The notes under the pieces were generated by a model that saw only the letters and a program-made list of their open reading frames with translations, searched no databases and was not told where the DNA came from. A program made the translations under genes and the position numbers. A stretch of 63,736 nt of DNA, filler included, from Choristocarpus tenellus KU-1152 (Eukaryota; Protista; Phaeophyceae), in assembly GCA_964200185.2 (NCBI GenBank). It is 9 parts of 9 records of this genome, joined end to end, with 100 filler letters (N's around TTAATTAATTAA, not from the genome) between each part and the next. Parts side by side here need not be neighbours in the genome. Positions count along the whole stretch, not along the records: positions 1 to 9,060 come from CAXNAD020004034.1; positions 9,161 to 24,149 come from CAXNAD020001083.1; 7 more parts are not named here. One strand, written 5' to 3'. Positions 1 through 13,469 of the stretch are shown in pieces; positions within the stretch are counted from its first letter, which is position 1; each line of letters opens with the position of its first letter.

Positions 1-1907
1 CGTTTTCGCAAAACAACCATCCTCATAGTCCCGCTCCATCCTCAATTTTACGAATCCACTGTTATACACAAAGTACCACCACAATGGAGGTTCTTTCTGC
101 AATTGTACAAAATGACGTCATTTTGACCTTTCTCAACACCCAAAAACTGAAATTTAATGTATTGAGTCCTACTAAACTGTTCCTTCCAAAATAATCTCTT
201 TTTCATATTCCGAATAGCCTCTTCCTTCTTAGAAATAGTTCTTTTTCTAAATATCGATCATCCTTCAGAAAAGGTGTTGGCGGGAGGGTGGTGGTTTGGA
301 AATGACCATCCTGAGGCAAACTTCCTGAGGTCTTGGGAGAAGCAAGAGAGGACAGGGAGAAAACTGCGCACAGACCTCTAAGAATACGTTGAAGACGGCA
401 AGTGAGGGTTTCTGCTCTAAGGCAGTCAGTCTCTTGCCGTGCCTCGCCAATCCCCATTCTACACCTTGCCCTCATCCTAATCAGTACTACTATTACTATA
501 GGTGCATCAAAAATTGACGATGAAGCTTTTCATTGAGGAGTGCAGATCATTGCAGTTCAACCTACTTTGGTTCGACCTATTCGAACAACGGAATGACTAA
601 ATAACTGATGTAAAACGTTCGGTTATTCATAATTTGAAATATCACAACACAAAACAATTATGGATACGTATTGAACGTGTCAAATCATTACTTGCCAGTC
701 TCTAATGTCGGACTACTAATGGAAGAGTGCAGGCAGCACAATCCAAGTGATGAATGTGGGGAAGTGGGGACAAAGCTGGAAGAAAATGGTTGCGCCGAGA
801 TCCGAAGTTATTGTCAGGCTGAAGATAATGATCACGGTCGATGCATTTTACCTAGTATATAAAGATGTCTTGACCTACCACGAAGGTGATTTCGACGCTT
901 GACATGTGCATAATATATAGGGGGATGCTCTCACCAGCATGCACGCGACAATCGTGCGGACAATGATCAAGCCTTTCCCTATTTATTTACAGAGGAAGCA
1001 TGTGCATTATTTGTCTCTGGATTTCCTAAGGAAGACAATTCTCAATATTAAGACATGCTACGCGATAAAGCCAATATCCAATACCCCCATTTGCTTCTTT
1101 AACAAATGCATTCCCCTGTTCAGTTGGCTCCGGCAGCTATTGAAACTTTCACAAACAACAGAGCGTAAGCATCAATCCGAATATCATGTGTATACTCTGA
1201 GCCGCAATCTATCTACTACCGTACAATTTTGAAGTGATATTTCAACGGATGAATACAGGTAGCAGGGTATAATTATTCAATTTTCCCTCCACAGTTTGCC
1301 GTGTGTGTTCTGTTTACTTCCAGCGACTTACACCACTGCCTCCTGGAGGAAGGTACAAGCAGTTAGGAAAGAGAGTGATGTAGTGCCGTGATTAGTACAA
1401 GGCCATGAAACTCAGTTCCTCCCATGGGAAGTACCCCTTTGAAACTCGTACCAGGTGGAAGTCATCCCAAAGCATGAAAAGGAGCTAGAGCCATTGTGTG
1501 TAAGTCTTGGCCTGGTGTTTCTTTTATGGCTGGGGTTCCACGACTTACATGTGCTTTGCTGACTCACCTTGGCTGTGGACTCTTTGTTGGTATGTACCAC
1601 ACAAGCAGATTCAAAAGTATGATGCCGCATTGTATCGACATTTCTCAATCTGGTTGATTCAACTTTGCAGCTACACACACACATGAGAAATTTGTACGAT
1701 AACCTAAACTGAAAGCTGATCCACCCTGTGACCCAATCACCTGAACAATCTGTAAGCAACATCACTCCCTCTCTAGCAATACAATTGAGGGAAAAGACAA
1801 ATGGATTTCTCATCATATTAAGAACCTAATAGAAGCCCCGAACCAACTACCTGAAGAAAATTCGAGTAAATTTCTTCAGCACAGTCAATACGTCGTCAAC
1901 AAATACA

Positions 1908-4900
1908 TCACAAAGGGACACGTCGAGACAGAGCATCCATAACCATATCCTGCTCTGGAGGTGTTGCAAAACGATGAGTGGCACCCGGAACCACTACCAG
2001 CTCGTGGGAGCAGCCCACAGCCTGGGCAAAATCTGATGCATCAGCCACTGGAATGATCTCATCTTCTGTGCCGTGGATGGTTAGCACTTCTGATTTTCTG
2101 TGCCATCAGGTTAATAGGTTAGAGACAAGAGATAGGTGAGACCAAAGCATGGTGGGGGTTTATGAAGAGCAGCAATTCAAGGTTCAGAAGGAGACACTTT
2201 GAACATGCTCTGGAATAAACTCTCAGTCCCCTGCAAAGAATGGTTTACCAGATGAGCTAATTTTCACACAGTGACACCTTTCTATGTTGTCCTTTACAAT
2301 ACCTTAATACCTTGAAAACAAGACTGCGTGCCTACATACTTGTAACAAAAAATCACACGTAAAATTAGTAAATTTTTTTTGTGTGGAAGTGTCCAGAGTC
2401 AACGCAAACGAGAGGTACTCATAGTTGTGCATTTTAAGAATGCTGACACATGCGTGCAAAATTAGACCTTTCTTACAAATACGTACAGGACGTTTCTGAA
2501 TCATGTCGAAAAGTCTCAAACAGCAGAGAATTCAACATTCTCAAGCCAAACTAAAACTCTTCATTCGAAGAATTGCGGGCAAATCGTAAAAGATTGAAAA
2601 ACTGACTCAAAACACGAAACTGCCAAAACCTGGGTACCTCTTGTTTACTTTGGCTGTTCATGGGAGGTGGACAGATTTAGGCACTACGTCCTACCCTCTC
2701 TTAGGTTTAGATCCTGGATCCACTGTGGCAAGGCTTGACAGTGGTAACTTCTCCTTCTATATCCTGAACTGGGATAGAAGCTAAGACAATAGAGGCTACA
2801 GTTGAAACAGTGTACCTATTGCAGCCTCAAAGATATACATGGGATGGGCGAGGAAAGAAATACATTGAATATACTAGTGCGTTCTTACTACAGATAACTT
2901 GACTTTGGATTCATGTATTCAGGTCATACAGGCGCACAAAGTGGTGCCAGCACTGCTGTTAGACAAAAACAAAAGAAAGCAAAAAGAGCCAGCTTGAGTG
3001 ACAAGTGCAGCATTATTGAGAGGAAGAGATGTAGCAGCGATGTAGTCTATTGGTAAGAGATGCACGTACAATAAATATTTCAATTGTGACTTCGGCACTG
3101 CAGATGCAAGTGCAGAACCTCTCTCGCTCGCTGTAAGGGAAAAAGGAACTAATTTTGCAAGCTGTACCATAAGAAGCCCGTCATCAAACACCCTGTGTGT
3201 TCTGTTTGGAGGAGGGGTGTGGGCAGGGTTCAAATAAGCCCTCTACAGCACAGCCTACTGCAATACTGCAGTGTTCATGGGATATGTACAACACTACGGA
3301 GGACAAGTTTGTTCTTGGTAGAGGCAGGGGGCTGTGGGTGGGTAGGAAAAGTTGGAACATTACCAGGCAGCATGAGTGGGACAGAGAGATAGGTTCTCAC
3401 TTTATTGCCCCTGATGTCTTCCTCATGTCCAGAGCAGCGCGTTCCTCCAGGTCTTGACTCCTAATTGTGAGGTCTTGGCCCTGGAAGCACGATAGACAAG
3501 TTTGGAAGCATAGCACCCATTACCATGAATAGGGTGTTGGTGCAGTGTAATAATGTCATACACACTATGTATACTTGAGGATAGTTAGTGTGCACATGAA
3601 GATGGGGGGAGGTCTATTTTCCCACAGTAGGTATATTTTCCTTCGAGCATATTGGTTTGCTGGAAAGTAAATTTATTTGATCGCATACAGGTCTAGTGAT
3701 GCAGTGACAACACTTCCTTGACTTCCACCTGTAAGATATCCCGCAGCAACTGGAAGTTTACGGAGGGAGCCCCCCAGCAACAACCTGGGTCTTGACATCA
3801 TGCCGAAATAGATTGTCCTTTGGTAAACTTAAGACTCACACAAGAGCAGCAATCACTACAAGTGAGTGCGCAATGTTCTGCTTCTTCAAGCGACATTTTG
3901 AAGTCGTGAGAGTCCCTCATCAACACAGAACAAAACACACAAGTCACTCCAACCGATTTGTACAATTACACATCCTCAAATAAATCTCCATTAATGGTCA
4001 TGTGCATTCTCCCTGGTTAAGCCTTTTACATCAAGTCTTGCGTACGAAATAGAGACAGAAAATATGAGATACCAATCAAGTGTTACCAAGTTTAGATGGG
4101 GTTATGGTTTGGTATTCATTGCAAAAAGCACACCTGATAGTTTCATGATTTCATAATACCCACAGTGCTGTTGCATCTCTACATTGGGTCTGAAGTATTG
4201 TTGAGACACACACATCAACATCGCTAATTTCCACCTTTGCAAAATAATACCGTCACGATCTCTATTCTCCCTCTAAAGCGCAGGCCTTAGCACAAACACA
4301 TGCACATTCATCAATCATAGAACACGATCTGTTTTCTCTTCAACTACACTTGAATGCCAGGCATCTGACATACCCTAATACCATATTGTACCTTGACATT
4401 CCACTTGAAGGAGCCTTCGGTCTCAAGCAGTCCCCACTGTTCCTCCGTGAAGCGTGACCTAGGCATGCCTTCCATGTTGAACCTCCCAGCCACATTCACA
4501 ATGAGAGGTACATCATCATACCGCTCCCCGTAGTGGAGCACAGCGGCAGCCCCTGCCCTTACCAGGGTTAGGTCAGATATGAATTGTGGGCCGTACAGAT
4601 CAACAAACCAAGGTTAGGTAAGTAAAAGGCAGATAGTCAGGGGAAAGGGAAGAGGGTATCCTGGGGAACATATCACCGTGTCGCTGTGATGTGTACAACG
4701 GCTTGCTGGTACCGAAGTCATTTAGAAAAAAAGTCTAAGTAAATTCACACCTGCCCTTGCACACTCTGCACTAGAAGTGAATGGACGCAGGCAGCTGAAA
4801 ATATGGCACATACCAACTTGGTTGCACAGGCAGGTCAAAACCAAGAGGCTGCGGCAAAACGTGAGTCTGGCAAGCTGTCTGGTGGTCTCCCTCACCCACT

Positions 4901-6451
4901 GAGATCCCCATCTCTGCCCCGTGCTCACAACAGCATGATATTAGTGGAAGAATGGCATGTGAGTGATAGGACATTTGACTGAAGCTTGCATGCCAAGTCC
5001 AGAAGTGGAAAACCATGTCCATTGAAGTGCACAAGCCACCACCTCCTTCGAAAACTCACCCAATCACACCCCCTCACCAACTTCCTCTGCTAGGTGTACC
5101 ATGTGCCGTAACAAGCTCCTTCCCCTCACAGCATCCAAATGTAAGGACATTACCTAAGTCCCTTTGAACCTCTATATTCAAACTCCCAGACCAGAAGATG
5201 CTGGTATTCTACTCAACAACCCACTGTACTGTTTGCTTCAGAACTATAGCGAAACTTTATCCTATGACATTATTCTTGCACTGCCAGCCTCATCAACCTC
5301 TATTAATAAGCCTCAAAGTCCCTCCAGTTTTTTTTTAATTATTGCAGCAATATGGATGACACTACTGCGTACTACGATAGTATCAACATTGGTTCCTGTC
5401 GAATCTTCGCACTCAACTAAACGTCTATCCTTACTAGATGAGACAGAGAGGGGCGGTAGGAGAGGAGCGCTTAGGGCTCTCAGGCTGGGATCGAGAGTCG
5501 GTCCTCACCCTTTGAATGCCCTAGGATGCATGTGATGTCCCAGCCATGTGACCGCAGAAGAAGAACTACAGCGCGCAGGTCACTCAATTCTCGCTGAATT
5601 GGTGGAAAGGTGCAGAGCGGATTGGTGTATGTGGGTCTTCTCTAGCTGTACCAATGATACCACTTCATTGAGAGGTCTTGCCGCAGCTAGCGGGAGAGGT
5701 GTGATGTCCTCTTCATCGTTACCTTACCTGAGTGCTCAAGAAAGATAAAATACCAATGGAGAAACTTACCTTGTATCCGGCATACCCCCAGTCTCCACCG
5801 CTGTCACCGCAGCCACCGAAATCGAACCTGTGGTGCACAAGAGATGCGCCACGTGATTGTCGCAGTATTTTTGTAAAATAAGAGCTTTCAAGGTTGGGTG
5901 ATGCATCAGTTCCCACAACTTGATTGTAATACAAGACGGTTGTACGTGGACTTGCAACATGTGGAACGGTTCGGCTGAGCACGGGAGATGATGTGTGTTC
6001 TGCAAGAGCATAAACAACACCTGCTTACAGTCAAGATATACCCATCCTTGAACTTCCCCCTACCTTCCCCTTACCTGTATGTATTGGAGTGAATCCTCTC
6101 CGAAACAAATCTCGGAACTGTCCCATCCTTGCTTGAGCACAGACCGTGACATAGCACCCAAACGGAGTTAGAGTCTGGACGCTTCACTGTCAATAATCCG
6201 GCGAGGTTATAGCCTTCCTGAACGTTCGGCACCTCCAATTCGTGAGAACCCATGTGATGAACGGGAGCAGTCGTAACAATCCCTGATGTATTCGGCCCAG
6301 ACATGCCATTCTCACTACTCATCCCTTTCAACTGCATCTTCTTCCCCTGCAGCGCAATCCCAACTGGAGAAGCAGGAACAAGAAATGGGCGCACTTCAAC
6401 CAACAAGAGTGTTAGAATGACCAAGCGAGGCAGTATGTTAAACAACTCCAT
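1908..6451 (-). CDS. Alpha/beta-hydrolase (esterase/lipase), probably plastid-targeted; 6 exons: 6451-6075, 5827-5770, 5593-5509, 4552-4392, 3480-3401, 2097-1908 (~316 aa)
   Basis: Manual splicing gives a continuous ORF with GT-AG introns in matching phases. Motifs: VLCHGL (oxyanion hole), RFDFGGCGDS, GHSKG (nucleophile elbow), LTIHGTEDEIIP (acid), GATHRF (His). A hydrophobic N-terminus is followed by VRP-FLVP. Confidence 0.9.
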
Positions 6452-8040
6452 TTCGTCCTCTTCTCATGACTTTTATGGTAATATTTTAATTTAGGGTATG
6501 TAATTCAAAACTCTTCCCCGCGCGTTTTACGGACAGTTCGCCCCTCGCCACCTAACTCATAACCCAAATCCAGTATCAACGAAACAATAAACCTAATCTC
6601 AAATAAGTAAAGGGTTTTTTGTATGGTAAGTTGTGGTAAATATATTTGAAGAGGACGAAAGTTACACGATGCAGTGAAAGACGTATCACGGCACTGAAAT
6701 GATATCTGTGACCACCAGGTGTAACCCTCGCTCTGGTATCTTCAAACCCAACTGCGAGGTCGGGTGTCTATCATTATTCCAAACTATGACAGCTCAAATC
6801 ACATGGGGATTAATGGTCACCTTCGAACAGGAGGGAAAGCTATACGATTCGGAATTATATTTTTCACTATGCCTTGTCACTTTACTCCTTTTCGAATGGC
6901 CATTGCCAAAGCAATAACAACTAACTGCGAAGGTGGGTTTCCACAATTATTCTGACCTCTGAGAGTCACAATGTTTCATCAAGCCTAGGAGAGTCACTAC
7001 CACAGTGAGGTTCAACTTGGAAGCAACCGGAGAGTCTGCACCCAAAAGCCACACATCACTAGGAGGTTCATCTAGGTTTGTTTGGTGTTCAGAAACGTCT
7101 CCTATGATTGTGTCTGTTTGCTAGTCCTTGGACCTCAGTTTCCCTGAGAGGGTCATCATGAAACTGGCTGGTGTAAGATATCAATTGGGCGACTTGCCAT
7201 GACGCACGATATGTTGAGTATGGAATCTAGTTCACACGAGGCGCAAGGTGGATGGAAATGCTGTGTTACTTGCTCTTCGCTGCAAAATAATGTGCAGGAA
7301 TATCTTTGGAGTAGAGATGGAAGTCCTGAGCTTCCGTATCTCAGGAGGGACACCTTCCAGGACTCCTTCCAGGACTCCCTTTTCTACTACAAAGATCCTC
7401 GTGATTTTGCTGCAGAGGGCAAGTAATAATGCATTGTTTCTATTCACCTTACACCTCGTGTGAATTGGATTCAATACTCCACATATCTTGCACTACAAGT
7501 TACCCAATTGCGTTTTATACCCAGTAATTTGAAGCTTCGCTGAGGAAAACTGGGGTTGGAGAGAAGCAGAAAAATATAATCATATGAGACGTTCGTGAAT
7601 ATCAACCAAAGTGAAACTTTGAAACGGTATGTGAATTTTCGGGTGACATACCTAACTACGGCTAAGTTCAAAAACGCCAGTGGATTACGTGACTGGGCAT
7701 TTCTGATATGACATATTTTACTGGATCGTGTCAATTTGCTCCCCCTCGGATGAGTACCCCTGAAGCAGTACATCAGACTCCAAGGGTGCAAAGGCGGGTC
7801 GATAATCATTTCAACCCTCAACAGCCACTACCCCCAGTGTCACGAGTTTAGCCTGATAGAGTTACAGCCGTAGCGAGCATCTAACTAAAAGGAGACTGGA
7901 GATATACCTTACACCTAGGTTTGCTAGGTCCAGGTGAAGTCTGTAAGGGGCAAACTAAAAGTAGTATACAACTACTACTGTTTGTCGCTACTTGCGCCCT
8001 GGGTATGATTAAGAAAAACACACTGATGTACATACTTGTG

Positions 8041-8190
8041 GGTAAGTGGCTCAATGGTGGCTCTTGTCTGAGTTGATTCACCGGGTTCAAACCCTTTGAC
8101 GCCAGACTTCTTGATCGTCCTCGGGGCTCAGTATTTGATCTGTATAAATTTAAACGGTTCGATCTCCATTGACGCCAGACTTCTTTGACG
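8041..8190 (+). mobile_element. tRNA-derived SINE-like fragment (Pol III A/B boxes)
   Basis: A-box-like TGGCTCAATGG (8047), B-box-like GGTTCAAACCC (8084), and a second GGTTCGATCTCC (~8156). Both B-boxes are followed by TTGACGCCAGACTTCTT. No complete cloverleaf. Confidence 0.35.
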
Positions 8191-9060
8191 AAAATGGGTC
8201 AAAGTACACAAGAGGTACCCAGGTCTTCACCGTTTTGCTTTCTAAGGCAGTTTTTCAATCTTTTGCAATTCACCCCATGCTTTTATGAATCAAGTGGTAA
8301 GTTTGACTGGAGAGTGTTGATTTATCTATTGTTTGAAACTTTTTCAACAGAATTTAGAAAAGTCGAATTTGGTACATATTTGTCACCATTCTTATAATGT
8401 AACACCGGATACCTCTCGTTGTACTTTGTCCCAAATCTGGTTTCAAAGATGCTATTCCAGGTGGCAAGGACAACGGATTGTAAACCTGTACTTTCCTGTA
8501 CGTACGACAGCACAAAAACGCGAGCCAATGATCACGATAGAAACTTCGGGATGGGTCCAAAAAAGATACGAGCGAGGAGACAGAGCGACCACCAGTAGTG
8601 GGAGTGCTGAACCCAACGGGCGAGAAACAAGGCAGGAACGGAGGAAATACAACTAGTCATTGTACAACCACATATGGTAACAGCTAGTCAGTAGTTAGAA
8701 CTAGAAGTAATGTAGTGTATACTGTGTAGTAGTGTGGATTTTTGTGACCACAAATCGTAATGACCCATCACAACTAAATATTGTGCGACAAATAAAAAAA
8801 AAACGCACCAAAGAATTTTGAGGAAGAACGCCTCGCGCAGGTGCAGAGCGGGGAAAGGACCTTAACTCAAACTCGAAGGACTTTTCTATCACCAAGCAGT
8901 CAGAGCTCTTCTCGTGTCGTATCAGCAATAGAGCAATAAATAATGGAAGATGGTAGGTAATATACCTTCGTAGTCTCTGCAACTTCTAGCATCACTTTCT
9001 GCATTAACATGCTGGCAATCGCTTGCAAACATGACAGCCGTGATAGGGTGAGCCGTGTTG

Positions 9061-9160
9061 NNNNNNNNNNNNNNNNNNNNNNNNNNNNNNNNNNNNNNNN
9101 NNNNTTAATTAATTAANNNNNNNNNNNNNNNNNNNNNNNNNNNNNNNNNNNNNNNNNNNN
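9061..9160. other. Artificial contig linker (N44-TTAATTAATTAA-N44)
   Basis: Identical 100-nt N block containing a six-frame stop spacer, present 8 times in the window. Confidence 0.97.
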
Positions 9161-11559
9161 CATGCCGGACAGGTAGCACTGCTTCTGCATGAAAGTTAAT
9201 CGAGAATGCCAGAACTCCTTATTAAGGAGCAATGTCGTACTCCCCATACACCAACGGTACTGCTGTACAAAAAAAGCCCTAGATTCGCTAGGACAAGTTC
9301 CCATTGCCAAGCACACCGGCAAATACCGTACAGAGTACCCCAGTTGGGTGCAGTTGAAGCCGGTGTGAACATCCTCTGAGTAGCCAATAGCTGCTGTGCC
9401 TCCAAATGGCTCCAGTGCCTTTCGGCGATACACCCCACATGTGCCTACGCAGATGGATGCAGCAAACCAGTTGCGGTTCACCTTGATGATTTCGGACGAG
9501 GGGAGGGAGGAGTATGTTGACAGAATATCGTGAAGGAGATGGATGCCATTCAACCCCATTCCACAAGGAGTGGAAGCTGGGGCAATAAATAACAAACCTA
9601 ATAGCGGTACAGGAACGCCGAAATACACGCATAACGTCGTAGTGCGCAGGGGAACCCTCCCTGTCTTCGGGAACCCCGACTGTCCTTGGGGAACACCTGT
9701 CATACTTTTTTTGCTTTTTCGTACTCATATTTGAAAGCCTAAACCCCATCTCTAACTCTAACGCTAAGCCCTAAACCCTAACTTGTCAGTGAAAATACCC
9801 CTAACCAGTCAAGGAAATATTACAGAAGTGGTGGAAGGCACAGAGTGTACTAAGGAACCACAATCCCCCAACGACCCACCCTTGTCTCATTTTGTAACTC
9901 ATTTTCGAGAGTATAACTCTAACCCTAGCCCTAACCTTCATTGTAGAAAATAAACCTAAGCTTCGTTTGAAGAAGTGAAAAAGAGATATGACAGTGGGGG
10001 CTCCCCAAGGACAGTGGGGCTTGCGAAGAAACGGGGGTTCCTCTGTGCAATTAATTTTGTTTATGTAACGAATTGTTGTGTCTGATAAATATATGGAGGC
10101 GAGTATTTGATGAGTAGGTCGATATTGATTGACTGGGGAGTGGTTGCGTGCCATGTACTCCACAGAGTACAGTCCTGTACATACTGCAACAACATCAAAT
10201 CGCTGAGTTGTGGCCGAACGATTCAAGGTTACGATCAAAACGTGGTCGAGAGGCGAGAAGAGTGATGCAAAAACAAAACAAGATTGCACGAGTGGCATGC
10301 AAACGTCGTATCTTCACAATGGGTGAGAAATGGTGTAACTGATAATCACAAGACCTTATGTACGAAGATTGAGAAGCGTCAAATACCACTCTCACCTGCA
10401 CCATACGGTAGAAAAGCTCCTGCGTCACCCCCGCACCACGCTCCACCCATGTCTGCTTGGCCTGGTGTCGGAAGAACTGAGGTGTCTGTACGATCGCAAT
10501 CTTTTCGTCCATGAAATATGGCACCGTCTCCCTCAAGAAGTCTGCTCGAGGACAGAAGTCCGCATCAAAGACGATGATCAAATCCCCCGTAGTCTGTGTA
10601 AATGCCCACCTGAGATTACCTGCCTTCTTCAGTACTGGGCGGTTGGGTCTCCTTATGTAGTTGAAGCCGTGCAGCTGGGCCAGGTGTCGGACCTCCTCCG
10701 TCGCCCCGTCGTCTAGTACATGAACTGCAACGTGAGGATAATCTAACGTCCGCACGTACTTGTACGTGTTCTCTAACATACATAAAGGCTCACCACAGCA
10801 AGGTAGAAATATGTCAACTGTGGGAAAGAAGGCCTCCTCTGTCGCTTTTGCCAAGATTTCTCCATGCTCTGAAGGATCGAAGTCCTTCCCCCAGACGGCG
10901 ATGCCAAAATAGGATAGCAGTAAGTAGGTCATGAAGAATGCGGCTGGGACACCGAACCAGTAGAAGTACACACTACTCAACACAAACAGCCACATTCCAG
11001 TTGACAACGCGACCAAGGAGATTATGCCAAATGTCACCAAAAATATCCGGCCTGTGGCATAGTAGGCCTCCTTCTCCTCATCGCTTGGTGCGCATGGTAG
11101 AATGAGATCCTCATTCAGGGTCTTCACATTCTCCTGCACAATGACACTGACCGCCGACTCTACCGTCATTCCCCCCTCAGTAATGCTTTCCTTAATCATC
11201 TGTGCCCACACGTCGGTCGTGGCGAAGTCGGCTTTGGCCCTACTTCCTGAAGTCATCAACCTGGGTGTGGGTGCTGATCGCGTCGAAAGAAGTCCTGGTG
11301 GTATTCGACCAGGTGGAGGTCTATATGGGCTCTGAGGGGTCAAGCTTTTGAACGATTTTGCACTAAGCGACGACATGACACTAAGCGATCCACAGACTTC
11401 TGAGGGAGTATGTGGCAGTTCTAATGAGATCTTCCCAGGACTGTTTCCAGGTAACATCTCGACCTTGGGGGATCTTGGCACCACCGTTTTTGTTGAGGGG
11501 GTGGTCGTGACCTCTGGTTGACTTGGAAAGGGACCAACCCTGGCATGCGAAGGCCTCAT
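9161..11559 (-). CDS. Cellulose synthase-like glycosyltransferase family 2 (CesA/BcsA-like), 3' end cut by gap; exons 11559-10396 and 9481-9161
   Basis: Two N-terminal TM segments, VDIFLPCCGEP, VLDDG, KKAGNL, DADF (DxD), IVQTPQ. A phase-0 GT-AG intron (MVQ|VNRN) leads to SED and QQYRW (QxxRW). First in-frame ATG at 11559. Confidence 0.9.
9644..10048. mobile_element. Non-autonomous TIR element (CAC...GTG-type termini, family C) with internal telomere-like repeats, inside the GT2 intron
   Basis: ~60-bp imperfect TIRs (gcgcaggggaaccctccctgtcttc...gtcat versus atgacagtggggg...ggttcctctgtgc) and internal CCCTAA-like repeats. A second copy lies at 14615-15248. Confidence 0.7.
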
Positions 11560-12829
11560 GGCGAGCGAATCTGCATGCAATGTCGTCTGATGTAGTTGTT
11601 ACACAATGATTGGTACTGTTGTCTGGTACTGTATGGTGGTTGGTTTATAGGGTAGTGAGTATGAATTCAGAACATTAGAAAAATCGGATCCTCTTTCACG
11701 GTGAATGGTAGATAGCACGTTCATGTTGACACATAATAATTTTCTGAGTACTGATAGAGGATTGGGGAAGATAGGGACAGAGAGATAATGTAGTTGAGGG
11801 ATTTGAGAGATGTTAAATGCGTAGGGAAGGACGTATGACGTATGGAAACTGGAATATGGGTTCCTAAAGGAGAATACACAAAAAAATGCATATGTTGAAT
11901 TGGAAAGGTGTAGAAGACCGGGTATGTTTTTGTTCTTCTCTTGGATATTGAAGCCGTTTGGGTTAGTTTCAAATGTATTTAAGTCATATGTGAATGAAAA
12001 GGTTTTACGCGAGGAGAAAGTGAAGTTGTTTGGTGTCTGGATGTACGTTCATTTAAGTACTATACGAAAACCCTTTTCACGTATATAGTGTAGGTAGATA
12101 ATCGTGACCCTTCAATAATTTAACATATTGATATGAGACAAACAACGATCATGATGAAGAATACAACGTACACAACAAACTTTGAAATTTTTCTGCTAGG
12201 ATGTTCTCGTAGACCAGACCCTCTACCAACACAAGTAGGGTCGCTAGTGGATTGGACGTGGATCGTCGTTTCAAAGTTTGGTTAGTGGTATTATTTTTGT
12301 GGTGTGTTGTTCTGTTTTTTTGGTGCGGAAGAATATATTGGTGTGCCTTTTTCCCTTCAATTACTTTATTCTTTAATATTTGCCGAGAAGTGAAAGGAAA
12401 TGTTATTGCGGGATGTGGAGTGTGTGTTCTTCATTTCGTGTTTTGTTGATTTATACATCTTGCTTTACATTGCCCTGATGAAATTTGACAACACCATCAC
12501 TACCACTACGAAAGATTGTCCTTGCTCCTTTCCTGTTCAACCTAATTGCTGAAGGGGTGCTTGCTTGACGGAATGCTTACGGTGATGGTCGAGAAGTTCA
12601 GCGCCCAAGGGATGCTCCCGAGGAAGAGTACGTCTAATTCACCAGGAGAGATGACAAGAATACCACGCACTACTGAAGGGGGAGGGAGCAATAAAAGTGT
12701 CTTAGCAGTTACTATCGTACTGCACGGTCTGATAGTCTATTGCCGATGATGTGAACATCTCTGTGCGAAGGGTTGAAGAGAGCTTGTCAAGATTTATGAT
12801 AGTGATAGCAACGCTGTGCGAGGCAGGTG

Positions 12830-13400
12830 GTCGTGTCGGAGAAGAAGACGGGTGCCATGTGCGTCCGGGCACCCCCCAAGCCAGCAGATGAAAAACAGAT
12901 AAAGGGTGCTGGGCTGAGGTATAAGCAGATTGGCAATTTGTTATGTCCCAAGCCTCAACCAAAGATGATGATGCTGATGTTACCACCGGCGTACCCTATC
13001 ACACTCAACAGACATGGAGGAGTTCTTCAATCCTTTCCTGACTGCGATTTTCCCAGCTGCTGTGGATGAAAGATTTGAGGAGAGGAGGCCTTGGGAGGGG
13101 ATGGATGTGGGCGAACAGCTTCATGATTCTAGGCTGAGACACCAGCCAGGACAACGAGTTCGTGAAGTATGTTCTGGAGAAGCTCATCAACACGCTCTTG
13201 AAGACCATACTTCGCGAGTATGGACAGAAACTGCAGGTGCTACACATCTGGACTGATGGCTGCGGAAGCCAGTTCAAGAACAGGTGGCAGATGCAATGGA
13301 TTTCGAAGGTCTCTTTGCAAGGCACAGGATCGGGGCGACCATCCATATTTTCTTCGTGTCTTGCCACAGTAAGTCCTGGTCGGATGGAATTGAGCCAGTG
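12830..13400 (+). pseudogene. Degenerate Sola2-like DD(D/E) transposase fragment
   Basis: LHIWTDGCGSQFKNR, then a frameshift to HIFFVSCHSKSWSDGIE. This matches the Sola2-type pattern SDGxxxQ(F/Y)KN...FFxxxHGKxxxDG. Left boundary approximate. Confidence 0.65.
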
Positions 13401-13469
13401 ATTTTAGTCCAATACCGAGTTGCTCGAGCGCAGCGCAGTACAGATGCCAGGAACATCGTCCTTGATTGA

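Noticed and set aside
6699-7474. Possible gene divergent from the hydrolase
   Set aside because: Only short ORFs without recognisable motifs or a consistent splice path
9105-9116. Recurrent palindrome TTAATTAATTAA
   Set aside because: Always centred in an exact 100-nt N block; an artificial six-frame stop linker, not biological
10195-10395. C-terminal extension of the 461-aa ORF (VRVVFDAS...)
   Set aside because: Intron read-through past the GTGAG donor at 10395; the conserved sequence resumes at 9481
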